A stretch of 64,000 nt of DNA from Gordius albopunctatus (GCA_964276515.1 OZ193909.1:11966001-12030000), one strand, 5' to 3'; counted from the first letter of the stretch, positions 1 through 11,455 are shown. Notes: generated by a model not told the origin, from the letters alone. Translations and numbers: made by a program.

Positions 1-1639
1 TATTAACTAACTTTTGATTCAATTGGGGGGGGGCAAACTTTTTTATGTTAAAAACAAAATTGGCATATTTTTAAATAAGTTTAAAGTCATGTCTTATAAA
101 TGGAAATTTTAAAATTACATTAATTAATAACTAGTTAATACAATTAAAAAATCGTTTTGACAAATTTAGATAGAGTGCTGTTTTTTGAATACTTTCTCGT
201 TCCCCTATAAATCAAGTTTTTGAAATGAATGGATTCAAAAATGCGACAATAAACGTTTTGGCCCCTTTTGATTACGTGCAGTGCGCAAACATATCGATCA
301 AAGCAAATAAGTCGCAAAGCCAACTTAAGGTTTGATAAAAAGAATGTTGGAGCTTGATTAGTATTTGCCCCCTAAATTTTTATTGCAAAATCGCGGTAGA
401 CTTTTAGTTTGATTATTTGATTAGAGTTTAAGGATGAAAAGCTGCGCCACTAAGAGCACTATCATTAAAGCCACTAATAAATGGCGAGGAAGGATAAATT
501 CTAGCGCATAATTGTCAACTCGAGTGTGGATACTGAAATGATTTGTTAAATGAGAATGAGTCGCTGGTTGAAAACAAATTGAAATAATATTGTTTCGACA
601 CGTTAGTAAGTCTGTTGCAAATTCCAACCAGCCTTTTTAAATACATCCTCAAAACTGAGATTAGCGCATTGGCGTGTAGAGAGGGGGTATTTCGGGCTAG
701 AACCCCCCCCCCCCATGACTTTCATTTTATATAATTTTTATATTGTATATTTAATAAAAATAAATATTTGTTGGAATTATATTTTATTATTTTTAGGCTA
801 TTGTTACTTTAAACCTATAAAAATATTTTTTTATCCAAAAAAAGGTACAAAAAAAATTTCCTATCTTAAAAATTTTATAACCCCACCCCTGAGGAAATCC
901 TATTTACGCCTATGTAGTAGCCGTAACCGTAAGATTGAAAGAGGATAATGAATTAAACATTCAAGAGTTTTAAAAAAACATTAAATAATCTAATAGATTA
1001 ACAAAAATTTTAGAAGACGTTTTGATTGTGATTATGTAGGAGATGCCATTAAAAAAATATTCCGATGTTTGCATAAATTTTATGCATAAAAAAATTAGCA
1101 AGGCTATAGGATCAACAAGGCCATTTCTCAACGTGGTTTGGACATTAAATAGTATAACTGAATAATGATACAATATGTTTTGGCGAGTAAAAATTAAGGC
1201 CATGAAATCAATAAGGAAAAATAGTTCAAGAAACACTCATAAATCTAAATCTCTGGCTGGATTATTGCAAGTACCTAACCTAATATAAACTTTAAGAGTT
1301 ATTGAATTAAATTCAAAATTATTTTTTTAATGATTATGGGATACTAGCTCATATCTTTGTAGCATTTTTTAAGTTAAATATATAATAACTATACTGGTCA
1401 GGAAATAATGGACTTATAAAACCAACCTATTCGGTAAAATTTTAGTTTAATAAATTTGGTTATAAATAAAGGGGAGAAAATCCCATTAAATTTTTTACCC
1501 TAGCTCTATTGATTTTTAATATATATTAAAAATTAACATCTCAATATTTTTACATTGAAAAAATTTCCCAGACTTTAGGTAACCCTCCCTTCCCTTTAAC
1601 ACTTAGAAATAAGTGCGTGTTGTTGTTTATCTACTAATA

Positions 1640-1870
1640 CTACCTGCAGGGCCCGACCCGCGGGCTAGGCTTTTGTGTTAAAATGAAACAATGAGCTGGG
1701 TCTGGACGGGCCGTAATATAATCTAACTAGCTCAGGCCGGGCTTAGATATGCGTAAGGCCTGATAAAAGCCCGTTACAAAATCAATTAGATTTTTATTCG
1801 TTTTTTAAAGTATAAAAAAAGAATTGTTTTTATAATGTTCCGATTTATAATTATTTGATGTTTATTAAAT
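1640..1870. mobile_element. partial copy of a GGGCC-rich MITE family (probable relatives near 6295, 16100, 19465, 32065, 34830 and 53570)
   Basis: GGGCCGTAATATAATCTA...AAGCCCGTTACAAAATCAATTAGATTTTT is nearly identical to 32141-32222. Confidence 0.6.
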
Positions 1871-2288
1871 TAACAAGGATTTAATGGATTCCTCTCTTCT
1901 TTATTCATAAATAAAATTTATGAAATTAAAATTTTACCGATTAATTTGCAATTTATTGACGTTTGAAAAACGCCAAAATCGCTGTTTTCCAGCAACTTTG
2001 TCAGCAAATATTTCAAAAACTTTTCATATTAGAAAAAATTTAAAAAAAATATATTCGTGTTTACCGCGAAAAACTCTACCAAAATCTGCAAAGGTTTACC
2101 TGTTGCTTTTTCTTGTTCAACCGTGTTATTTTTCATTATTAATATTAAAGATGATTTATAATACGACGTAATTAGGATATGATGTAAACCATTTATCTAT
2201 CGCTAAGTACAAATCATTTTATGCTATAATGTTTTAAATTTCACATTCTTTTCCGTTTTCATTGATTTTTTTCTATATCTTTTTCAGT

Positions 2289-3137
2289 ATGGAAGAAATA
2301 GTTGTTATTGATCCATCCGATGAAATCACATTTCAGATAACCGATATCAAGCCAGTTGAACGTCCGCTAGTTATTTCAAATAGAATCAACAAATCTCTAC
2401 TATTTAAAATTACTTCCACAAGCCGAGATGTCATAAGGTGCTATCCTTCATCAGGGTTTATATTACCTAATAAAAAAGCAACAATAAATGTGACATACTT
2501 GCCCACCTCCTACAAAAATATAACCGATTATGGTGACAAAATTGTGATTACAATCAATGTTTGTAAAGATAATGAGGCGATTTCGGATGCAGATGAACAT
2601 TGGAAGGCCTTGGATCAATTGACGAGCAAAAAAACATACCAACAAAGTCTTAGAATAATTATACAGAATAGTGTATCCGTCGAACGATTAAGAGCTGCCG
2701 ATAAAGCACGTTATAATATGGCAAGTAGTGATGAAGATGCTATGGATTTTATAGAAGATTATGGCAAAGGTAGTTTCAATAAAAAATATTACGACCATTC
2801 CGCGTCGGACTCTATCTACGCTAAATTAGATAACACTCTGAGTGAAGATAATAATTTGAAAAATCAAATTTCAAAGGCTGAACAAGAACTTAAAAATGTT
2901 AAACATGATCGATCTAAACTGCATAAGGTGAATAGAGAAGCTGATAAAGCTAGATCGAGAATAGAGGCCGATTTAAAAGCAACTATTAAACGTGGCATGA
3001 GAGATCGGATGAAAACAATATACGCTATACAGATATTTTTTATGCTTTTCGCCATTGTCCTAATCAGTTATTGGTTCGAAGAGTTTTTAATGAGATACCT
3101 TGTCATAGATCCAACTGTTATGGCCAAAAAGCTTTAA
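2289..3137 (+). CDS. VAP-like protein (MSP domain, coiled coil, C-terminal TM), intronless, divergent
   Basis: First ATG at 2289 (the ORF track starts earlier, at a TTG). N-terminus VIDPSDEITF...ISNR...LLFKITSTS...YPSSGFILP matches the MSP fold. Heptad region LKNQISKAEQELKNVK. Hydrophobic tail IYAIQIFFMLFAIVLISYWF. AATAAA near 3215. Confidence 0.8.
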   Translation: MEEIVVIDPSDEITFQITDIKPVERPLVISNRINKSLLFKITSTSRDVIRCYPSSGFILPNKKATINVTYLPTSYKNITDYGDKIVITINVCKDNEAISDADEHWKALDQLTSKKTYQQSLRIIIQNSVSVERLRAADKARYNMASSDEDAMDFIEDYGKGSFNKKYYDHSASDSIYAKLDNTLSEDNNLKNQISKAEQELKNVKHDRSKLHKVNREADKARSRIEADLKATIKRGMRDRMKTIYAIQIFFMLFAIVLISYWFEEFLMRYLVIDPTVMAKKL

Positions 3138-3249
3138 AACGAATAATATGTATTACAATCTTGTTGTTGTAAAGCTTAAAACTTATATACTGATACAACC
3201 TCAGTCGGAAAAACAATAAATAAAAAACTTATCTCTTAACCTATTTGCG

Positions 3250-3423
3250 AATAACACGGTTTAAGAAGAAAAATCAAGCGGCAAACTGTTTGCAGATTCT
3301 GGTAGGGTTTTTCACAATAAACAAAAATATATTTTTATTTGCTTCACTCTACCTATAGGGAATAACTAAATATATATTTGGGTTCACCGTAAAAAACTCT
3401 ACGAGAATCAGCAAGCAGTTTGC
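3250..3423. mobile_element. small inverted-repeat element (MITE-like); a related arm lies at 2041-2130
   Basis: 3281-3340 (GCAAACTGTTTGCAGATTCTGGTAGGGTTTTTCAC) is the imperfect reverse complement of 3365-3423. 3250-3340 is also the imperfect reverse complement of 2041-2130. Confidence 0.55.
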
Positions 3424-3743
3424 ACTAGTCTATTGTGTGTTGTTGACCAGTGTAATTATTTAATAGTTCTGCAACTTGAATTAAAAAATATGACAATTAA
3501 TTCATATTAAGTATTAAGTTATTTCACTCTCATAACGTGTATTATTTATATAAAAAAGATAAATATGGCGCGATAAATTTTTCCAGCTATATTATTAAAC
3601 ATTCTTCTTACAATCAATAATAAATGAATGATTCTATAATCTAAATGCGTAAAAAATTTCAAACATTTTCATTCATACAGTTTTTGCCGCCAGTAATTCT
3701 TAAAGTTATAAAACAATGACCACTATTGATCAGAATAATTATT

Positions 3744-4619
3744 TTATTCAAACCAAAACCACGATTTATCTCCGTTACCACATTCGGGTAAATTTGAGTT
3801 TGGGCATTTGTTGTAAAGCTCATCGTCGCTCGCAAAAAACTTTCCAGCGATATAGGATCCAAACAAATATCCAAGTAAAATTATAAAAAATGCCATGTTA
3901 ACAATGTTAGCGACGTGAGTGATTTTTATATGCTTTCGCAAGGTTTTAAGTTCTCGTTCATCCATACATGTTCTTTCAATTTCTCGTCGTAATAATTTCA
4001 TGTTGGCATTTTCCTGAGCCAACAGCCTGTATTCTTGGTTGAGCCAGAATATATCTTCTGAAACCTTACAGACATCATCTTTGTTAAATTCTGTCTTTTT
4101 TAAAAGCTGCTCTTGCTGTTTGCCACGGTTCGATGTTATTGATGACGATGAAGATTTATCCATGTCACGAGATGTAAACATCGGTGACAAGTTGTCAATA
4201 GGGCTACCATCTCTCACAATGTTATCAAGGATGACCGACTTTAATTTTGTGATGAAAACAGAATTTGACTCAGAATTTCCCACCATAATTTTTTTGTAAA
4301 AACTACTGTCGGTAGAGGGACCGTTGTTAGAAGAGCGAACTGCATTTATTACTATTTTTTCATTTGCATCATTTAAATGTTCTCCCCTAGCTTCGTTTAG
4401 TTTAAGGCTTATAATGATTTGAACGGATCCACTTGGTGTTATTATTCCACATTGGGGATGAATTTTATAAAGATGAGCGGCACCCTCCACATATATTTTA
4501 TAAATCACGTTATAATGGCTATTGTTTTTTAACACGAGTTTTTCTTTGGTTGTTCCTTGAATAAATGGACCGCGGAATATAAGATCTTTTTCCGGAATTA
4601 TGCTTAACAAGCCTTCCAT
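3744..4619 (-). CDS. VAP-like protein (MSP domain, coiled coil, TM, short Cys-containing tail), intronless, divergent
   Basis: LLSIIPEKDLIFRGPF...LVLKN...VIYKI...IHPQCGIITP resembles the VAP N-terminus. Coiled coil YRLLAQENANMKLLRRE. TM VANIVNMAFFIILLGYLFGSYIA. Confidence 0.85.
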   Translation of the reverse strand: MEGLLSIIPEKDLIFRGPFIQGTTKEKLVLKNNSHYNVIYKIYVEGAAHLYKIHPQCGIITPSGSVQIIISLKLNEARGEHLNDANEKIVINAVRSSNNGPSTDSSFYKKIMVGNSESNSVFITKLKSVILDNIVRDGSPIDNLSPMFTSRDMDKSSSSSITSNRGKQQEQLLKKTEFNKDDVCKVSEDIFWLNQEYRLLAQENANMKLLRREIERTCMDERELKTLRKHIKITHVANIVNMAFFIILLGYLFGSYIAGKFFASDDELYNKCPNSNLPECGNGDKSWFWFE

Positions 4620-5239
4620 TAAAATTTATATCTCATTTCTTATATGGTGACACTTAATAAGATCATTAGCTAATAACAAATAAATTTGATTGTTAAATAA
4701 CCTCAAATATTTCAATTGTTGTAATTATAAACATTAGAAATGGTAAAAATATATGAGAAGAAAGCGTTTAAATATATTTTAGTTTTAATCAATTTTAAAT
4801 CTTTGATATAAATAAATTATTTTAGGGACAAAATGATATTTTAAAAAACACGAGCATAAGCACAAATGGGGGCCTATAAAAATATTAGTTTTTTGACACA
4901 CTCTTTACTTCGTATATTATACAATTAGTTTATGAAAATAGGGGTCGGGGTTAGTCGGAGAGGGGCTGTTGCTAGCCATTTTTCATTGTCTTACAAATGA
5001 CAAGATTTAAAAACAAAATATTTTGTTTAATAATCTAACTTAGTGTTTTTTGGAATAGAAATAGACTAAAAATACATTATAAAACGACTAAAAGTTTTTT
5101 TCCGTTGCTAAATCCGTATATTAAGTGTTCTTAAGTCAGATTGTCATCTTGACCCTTTTTTATTTGTTTTATATAAAATAAAATCGGGAACCGGTCAAAG
5201 GCACACAGAAATAGCATCGAAATTCGTCATGATTGCTCA

Positions 5240-5690
5240 GATTTTCTCAGGATTTAACATATGTTTCTTGATATGGTGAATTTGTAACAAGTAATATATA
5301 CATAAATTTTTAGAGAATTTATTGGAACTTATCTCATATTATTCATCAGAATTTAACATATTGTCTTAGCACAAAATATTTTATATTACCATGTCCTAGT
5401 GAAATCATAACAAGTAAATATATGAATATATAAAGATTGCATTGAAAAATTTCTCATCATGTATATCAGAATTTAACATATTGTTTTAGCAAATACCTTA
5501 TCCTGATGTTATACTTATAATAAAAGTCATTTATGTATGGAAAGATTTTATTGTATAATTTAGCACTAATATTTTTTAAATACCAACTATGGATTTTTAT
5601 AAAATTACATATTTTATTTATCCTGATGTTTTTTCATACTTATAATAAAAGTCAATCATGTATGAAAAGATTTTATTGTATCATTTTGTT
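5240..5690. repeat. degenerate tandem repeats with a period of about 100-120 bp
   Basis: CAG(A/G)ATTTAACATAT recurs near 5247, 5347 and 5467. TTATCCTGATGTT...ATACTTATAATAAAAGTCA...AAAGATTTTATTGTAT recurs near 5498 and 5618. Confidence 0.55.
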
Positions 5691-6361
5691 TATATACATG
5701 TGATATAATTACATGATGTTAGGCTTATGGTTTAAATTTCGCAGTTTGTTTACCTATTCGATCCCTAGATATAAAGTTAAGAAATTCCTGTATATGTGCC
5801 ATGTTGATTGGATTTATAAATATAATTCGTTTCGTATTTTAGCTTTAACCACAAAGTGTGCTCCTTTTTTTCCTGGTGAGCTATAGTCCGAAATTTATGA
5901 TAGAATTTGGATAGGCCGCGTTCGGGCTTATAAAAATAATAAATGATAGATTCGGCCCGCTCTATTTCAAATCTTTATGTATTCATTTGAAATTTTTTTT
6001 GTTGAATTTCAGATGTTAATTATAATCGCGTTAAAATTATACTTATCTAAATATTAAATTAGCCGACTCCAATTTCCAAAGGGTATGATTTGAGTGGACT
6101 ACGTCTATATATATCTATGATTAACACTTCTCAATTTGAAATGCGGGTTGAATTGATGAGTGAATGAATAAAGAAAAAAATATAATTTTATTTCCTTCGT
6201 TAGTTTAATAAATATTATATAATTTTAAATTAATTTAATACATCATAAAAACACACCTTTGTTTATAATTTATAATACACAAAAAATCTATATGATTTTG
6301 TAACGGGCTCAACGAGCATTTCTACTATCTATGCACGGCCCGAGCCCGCTAAGTTATACCT

Positions 6362-7164
6362 GTCCATTGGCCAAAATGATGAGCAAAAACAAATTCATCA
6401 CCTGTCCTAGTAAATACAGAGTCAGCCGTAATTGTTGCAGACGTAGAGATCTCCCGTACTCGAATGCACGGCTAAATCAATGGCATAATATTCGATCGGG
6501 TCTAGCTAAAGCGAGGTTATATCGCCACCGTCCAATTTTACACTGTGAATAGTGGAGAGCTTGCGTTGGGCCTCGTCGCCTGTCAAAATAAATAAGTTGG
6601 TTCATTTGGAATATAAATAAGCTGGGAGTATAATAGTTTCGCAATTTAAGTCTAAGATCATTCATTAAAGCTAACTAATGGCTAAATAGGCAAACTTGAA
6701 CCGTCGATGTCGCCTTGAGTAATGTAACCCGTATCCAAGACTATGAAGGTATCCCCATACACCGGATCTAAAATTATGCCACCAAATTCTTTGGGAGTCT
6801 CTAACTCTAACCCTTTATAATATTGAGGACCATAGGTGATTGATATAGTTTGTGCCAACAAATTGGATTGCCCATAATAATCAAATTCTACAATTTTGTA
6901 AGTTCTCGCATCTAAGGTGGGCACGATGGCATAAAAATTTCGAGCTGTAGGTTATCTTCCAGCATAACGAATATCCATTCGGGATTGGGCAATTGGTGAT
7001 TTGCGTTAAAGCCACAATACTTAACGCGCTGGTAACTGGTTAATTGATGCGAATGAGAATTCGTACTTAGATCCACGGGGTTTATGTAGCGAGATTCTGA
7101 TAGAAATCATATAATGTGCCTTAATTGCGAGAAGTCAAATGTTTAAAGTAAAAAGCAAACGCAT
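6362..7164 (-). pseudogene. disrupted intronless gene for a secreted YWTD/LRP-type beta-propeller-like protein
   Basis: ATG at 7164 gives MRLLFTLNI*LLAIKAHY (signal-peptide-like), in frame with ORF 6682-6924. Propeller-like repeats GGIILDPVYGDTFIVLDTGYITQGDIDGS and, after a frameshift, IHSVKLDGG...AIDLAVHSSTGDLYVCN. Many in-frame stops. Confidence 0.55.
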
Positions 7165-7377
7165 AGAAAACCATTTTTTTATTGAAAATTGTGAAGGTTA
7201 TATAATTATATAAAATGGCTTTCAAACTTAAGAACATTTTCGCAAAGGTAATCTAAGTGCAAATTACAAGGCTTTGGATCAATTTTGAACCTCTGACTGA
7301 TTTTGACGAGAATATAACATGATCCATCTTCGCCTATAGTTACCCGCTTTCTGTTAATTGATTATAAGAAGTATTGA

Positions 7378-7722
7378 TCTTATATATAAAAATAAACTGT
7401 GTGTGTATATATGCCGCCACTAATTTTGGAAAACTACCAGACCGATTTGGCTCAAAATTTCACAGTTTATTCCATATTCCTTACACTCCGGGGCATGTTT
7501 TAAGATTTGTTTGAGCCAAATCGGTCCAGTAGTTTTCGAGTATTCGTATGCGTTGCACTGTATACGGAAATAGAACAATAGAAGTAGAACATATAGAAGA
7601 CATCAAACTTTATTTTTACTTCAATAACCGCTTTATCATCATATTCATATATGCCCTAAAATTCCAACATAATTTTATACACCCGGGTAAATGGCAAAAA
7701 AACGTTTGCCGGGTTCCTCTAG
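7378..7722 (+). mobile_element. non-autonomous Helitron
   Basis: Starts A|TCTTATATATAAAA and ends with a GC hairpin (CCCGGGTAAA...TTTGCCGGG) then CTAG|T, i.e. inserted in an AT dinucleotide with no TSD. Internal inverted repeat ACCGATTTGGCTCAAA / TTTGAGCCAAATCGGT. Short (TG)n near the 5' end. Confidence 0.75.
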
Positions 7723-8094
7723 TATATTTATATTAAAGACGCTCAAAGCAGATGAAATTTAAATTTTTGTGAGATTTGGTCGAGCAATAAGCGAAGATGC
7801 AATGATGACAATTAAATAATGTCAGGTAAATGTTATTTAAAAGAGCCCTTATAAAAATACTGTTATGAAAGTAGTACTGTTTATAGCTTAAAACATAAAA
7901 TGTTAAAAAATTTCAATAAACAAAGGTAGGGGAGACCGGGGTTAATTTAGCCATAAAAAATTAAATCACGTTCTAAAAAAACTAAAAATTATTTTTACAA
8001 TTTTTTGTTCAAATATATTTTTAAGGTCTTGCTATAGGAAAAAAATTTGATTGGACAGGGAAAAGAAGAGTGTTATCTATATATATAAAGTAAA

Positions 8095-8151
8095 GTCTAT
8101 AACACTACGAACGACGGTCCCAAGTCCGTGTGAAAAAAGTGGAGGGTTGGC
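8095..8151 (+). ncRNA. twister ribozyme (P1-type) at the RTE 5' junction; predicted cleavage between 8100 and 8101
   Basis: U|AA site. P2 CACT(8103-06)/AGTG(8138-41). T2 AC(8107-08)/GT(8124-25). P4 ACGG(8114-17)/CCGT(8126-29). Loop TCCCAA with T1 CCC/GGG(8144-46). Catalytic G8142. Collinear with the rice Osa-1-4 twister as recalled, with compensatory changes in T2 and P4. Confidence 0.85.
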
Positions 8152-11100
8152 GTCAGGTCGGAAACCGGCTGTAAAAAGCAACTCCAAACACCATGGCAGC
8201 TTCAAATACGAACTTATACCAGAATGCTAAGGCGTCCTCCCCAAACGACGCGCATTGCATCATCCGCCCGTGCAATGTGAAAAGAATACAAGGGTCACCG
8301 CCTCACTCACAGCGAAGGCGGTTAAGGAACCTAGTTGTCGAACGGACAAGAGTGGCTAGCTGGAATGTAGGCACGCTGACGGGGAAGAGCATCGAGGTTG
8401 CGCAGACGCTAAAAAGGCGAAGGATACACATAGCGTGTCTACAAGAAACACGGTGGCATGGAACAAAAGCCAGGGAGCTAGGAGATGGTTACAAGCTATA
8501 CTACTCGGGTTCCCCATCACGGAAGAACGGCGTCGGTATAGTGCTTAGCGATTCCTTTAAGGACAAGGTAGTCGAAGTCAAACGATGCTCGGATAGATTG
8601 ATGTGCATAAAATGTTATTTGTGCGTATTCGCCCCAGGTTGGATGTTCCGAAAACGAGAAGGACGAATTCTATGAGAAGCTCGAAGAAGAAATACGCTAC
8701 GTGAAGCCTGACGAGAATCTCATCATCGGAGCAGACTTTAATGGGCACGTTGGGAAAGAAAGGGGCGTGTACGAACGAAATCACGGCGGGCATGGCTATG
8801 GAGTGAAAAATAAAGAGGGAGAGAAGTTACTACAGATGGCGCAAGCTTACGATATGGCCATTGTGAATACCTTCTTTCAGAAGCGTACCGAACATTTAGC
8901 GACGTACAGTAGTGGAAATCACCTACATATTAGTGAAGCGCATAAATTTGTGGCAAGTTAAAGATTGCAAGGTTATACCGGGGGAAGAAATCGCCAAACA
9001 ACATCGGCCAGTTGTCCTCGATATAGCAAGAAAGATTTTTCCCGTAAGGAGAAAAGTCTACACACCAAGGACAAAGTACGAAAAGCTTAAGGATGATCAT
9101 GCAAATGAAATGTTTCACACTCGAGCAACTCCGCTCTTGAAGGTTGCAGGCTTGGAGGGCGACATTAACAAAAGGTGGGGCACCGTTGCAAATGTTCTAA
9201 AGGAAACGGCCTTACAAATATTAGGACGAACTAAGGGCGGCAGAGCTCACAAGCGTGAACTATGGTGGTGGAATGACTCGGTCAAAGAGGTTATAGAAGA
9301 AAAGAAGGCGTTGTACCTACGATGGTACAAAACGAAGAAAGGAGAAGACTACGAGGCATATCGTGAAGCGAAACGCAAAGCTAAGATAGCGGTCGCGATA
9401 GCGAAGAACGACGCTTACACCGAGATGGCAAACAAGCTCGATACCAAGGGCGGCGACATAGTCATGTATAAACTCGCAAAGATCAGGGAGAAAAAAAGTC
9501 GAGATGTCGGGACACTTAAAGTCATTAAAAGCGAAGAGGGACGAACGTTGTGCAAACCGAAGGAAATCATCAAAAGATGGAAAGATTATTTCCAAAATAT
9601 GATGAACAAAACGAATGATAGAAGACCGCTAGAGAGGGTGGAGCCGAACTCGAACTTGGTTTTACCATTTCAGGCTTATGAAATAGGAGCACAAATAACG
9701 AAGATGCGGAAAGGGAAAGCGCTAGGTCCCGATGATCTACCGATCGAAGCTTGGCTTGGGTGCAAAGGAGAAGGAATCGACAAAATGACAGGCCTATTTA
9801 ACGCTATGCTGTATGAGAGTCGTATCCCTGACCAATGGAGGGAAAGTACGATCATACCTATATACAAAGGTAAAGGAGACGCGCAGGAATGTGGCAACTT
9901 TAGAGGTATCAAGTTGACCTGCCACTCACTAAAACTACTAGAAAGGGTGCTAGTGAAAAGGCTCAATGACGAAGTTTCTCTCTCGCCCAATCAGTTTGGA
10001 TTTGTGGCCGGTAAATCAACGATGGACCCAATCTTTGCGTTGAAGCAGACGATGGAAAAATATGGCGACATAAGAAAGAAATTACACATGGTCTTCATCG
10101 ATTTAGAAAAGGCCTACGATACGGTTCCGAGAGACTTAATATGGTGGTCCCTTAGAGCCAGAAATATACCCGAAGGATATGTTCGACTTATCAAGGAAAT
10201 GTATAATGGCGCGGTTGCATCTGTTAGGAGTACCGTAGGAGTAACGAAACCCTTCCGAATAATGATCGGACTACATCAAGGATCAGCGTTAAGCCCATTC
10301 TTGTTTAATCTAATTATGGATACAATAACAAAGGACTTGCACAAGCCAGCCCCTTGGACTATGCTATATGCCGACGATATTGTCCTATGCGATGAAACAA
10401 GAGAAGGGGTTTTTCATCAGGCGAAAAAATGGTCAGAACGTTTCTCGGAATTCGGGTTAAAGGTCAGCGAGAAGAAAACGGTTTACATGCAAACGATGGG
10501 CGGTAGTCCGCAAATGCACAAAATTGACGGTCCAAGGTACACGGAGGTTGATAAGTTCACATATCTTGGCTCGCTATTACATCAAGAGGGAGGATGTACC
10601 GCCGAAGTCCAGTCTCGGATCAAGAAAGCATGGCTCAAGTGGCGCAGCATCTCCGGTGTCATGTGTGACAAAAAGATACCAATTTGGTTGAAAAGCAAGG
10701 CGTACAAAACCATCGTGCGACCGGTCTTGCTTTACGGGAGCGAAACATGGGCTGTAACCTGCGCGGAGGAGAAACTCTTGCAAGTCACGGAAATGAGAAT
10801 GGTGCGATGGAGCTTAGGCTACACCAAGCTGGATCGCATGACGAACGAATCCTTGATGACAAAGATGGGTATACAAGCGACGAAGGACTTCTTAAGAGAA
10901 AATCAACTGCGGTGGTACGGCCATGTATTACGAAGAGACGAAGACGATGTCACACGCCGAACGCTGGAGATGGACGTGCCTGGAAGAAGAGGAAGGGGCA
11001 GACCACGTGCCACCTGGAAACGACTGGTCGAAAAGGATATGGACGTCAAACAGATGGAAATTGGTATGGCATTCACACGACTCAGATGGAAGAGGCTGCT

Positions 11101-11154
11101 GAAAACGTACCCCACGTCTGTGGGATTTTCAACACGATAAAGAAGAAGAAGAAG
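8101..11154 (+). mobile_element. full-length RTE-clade non-LTR retrotransposon (young copy)
   Basis: Perfect 16-bp TSD ATAAAGTAAAGTCTAT at 8085-8100 and 11155-11170. (AAG)n tail directly after the stop. Single APE+RT reading frame. Sharp GC contrast with the flanks. Confidence 0.95.
8193..11140 (+). pseudogene. RTE ORF (apurinic-like endonuclease + reverse transcriptase) with two frameshifts in the endonuclease
   Basis: EN motifs SWNVGTL, IACLQETRW, GVGI, CAYSP, GADFNGHVG. RT motifs FRGIKL, QFGF, FIDLEKAYD, GLHQGSALSP, LYADD, YLG. C-terminal LRWYGHVLRR and GRRGRGRP. Frame breaks near 8610 and 8922. Confidence 0.92.
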
Positions 11155-11167
11155 ATAAAGTAAAGTC

Positions 11168-11455
11168 TATGTATGTATGTATGTATGTATGTATGTATGT
11201 ATGTATGTATGTATGTATGTATGTATGTATGTATGTATGTATGTATGTATGTATGTATGTATGTATGTATGTATGTATGTATGTATGTATGTATGTATGT
11301 ATGTATGTATGTATGTATGTATGTATGTATGTATGTATGTATGTATGTATGTATGTATGTATGTATGTATGTATGTATGTATGTATGTATGTATGTATGT
11401 ATGTATGTATGTATGTATGTATGTATGTATGTATGTATGTATGTATGTATGTATG

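Noticed and set aside
8578..11163. Antisense and alternate-frame ORFs within the RTE, and other 60-120 aa AT-rich ORFs across the window
   Set aside because: They are shadows of real coding sequence or low-complexity chance ORFs with no motifs.
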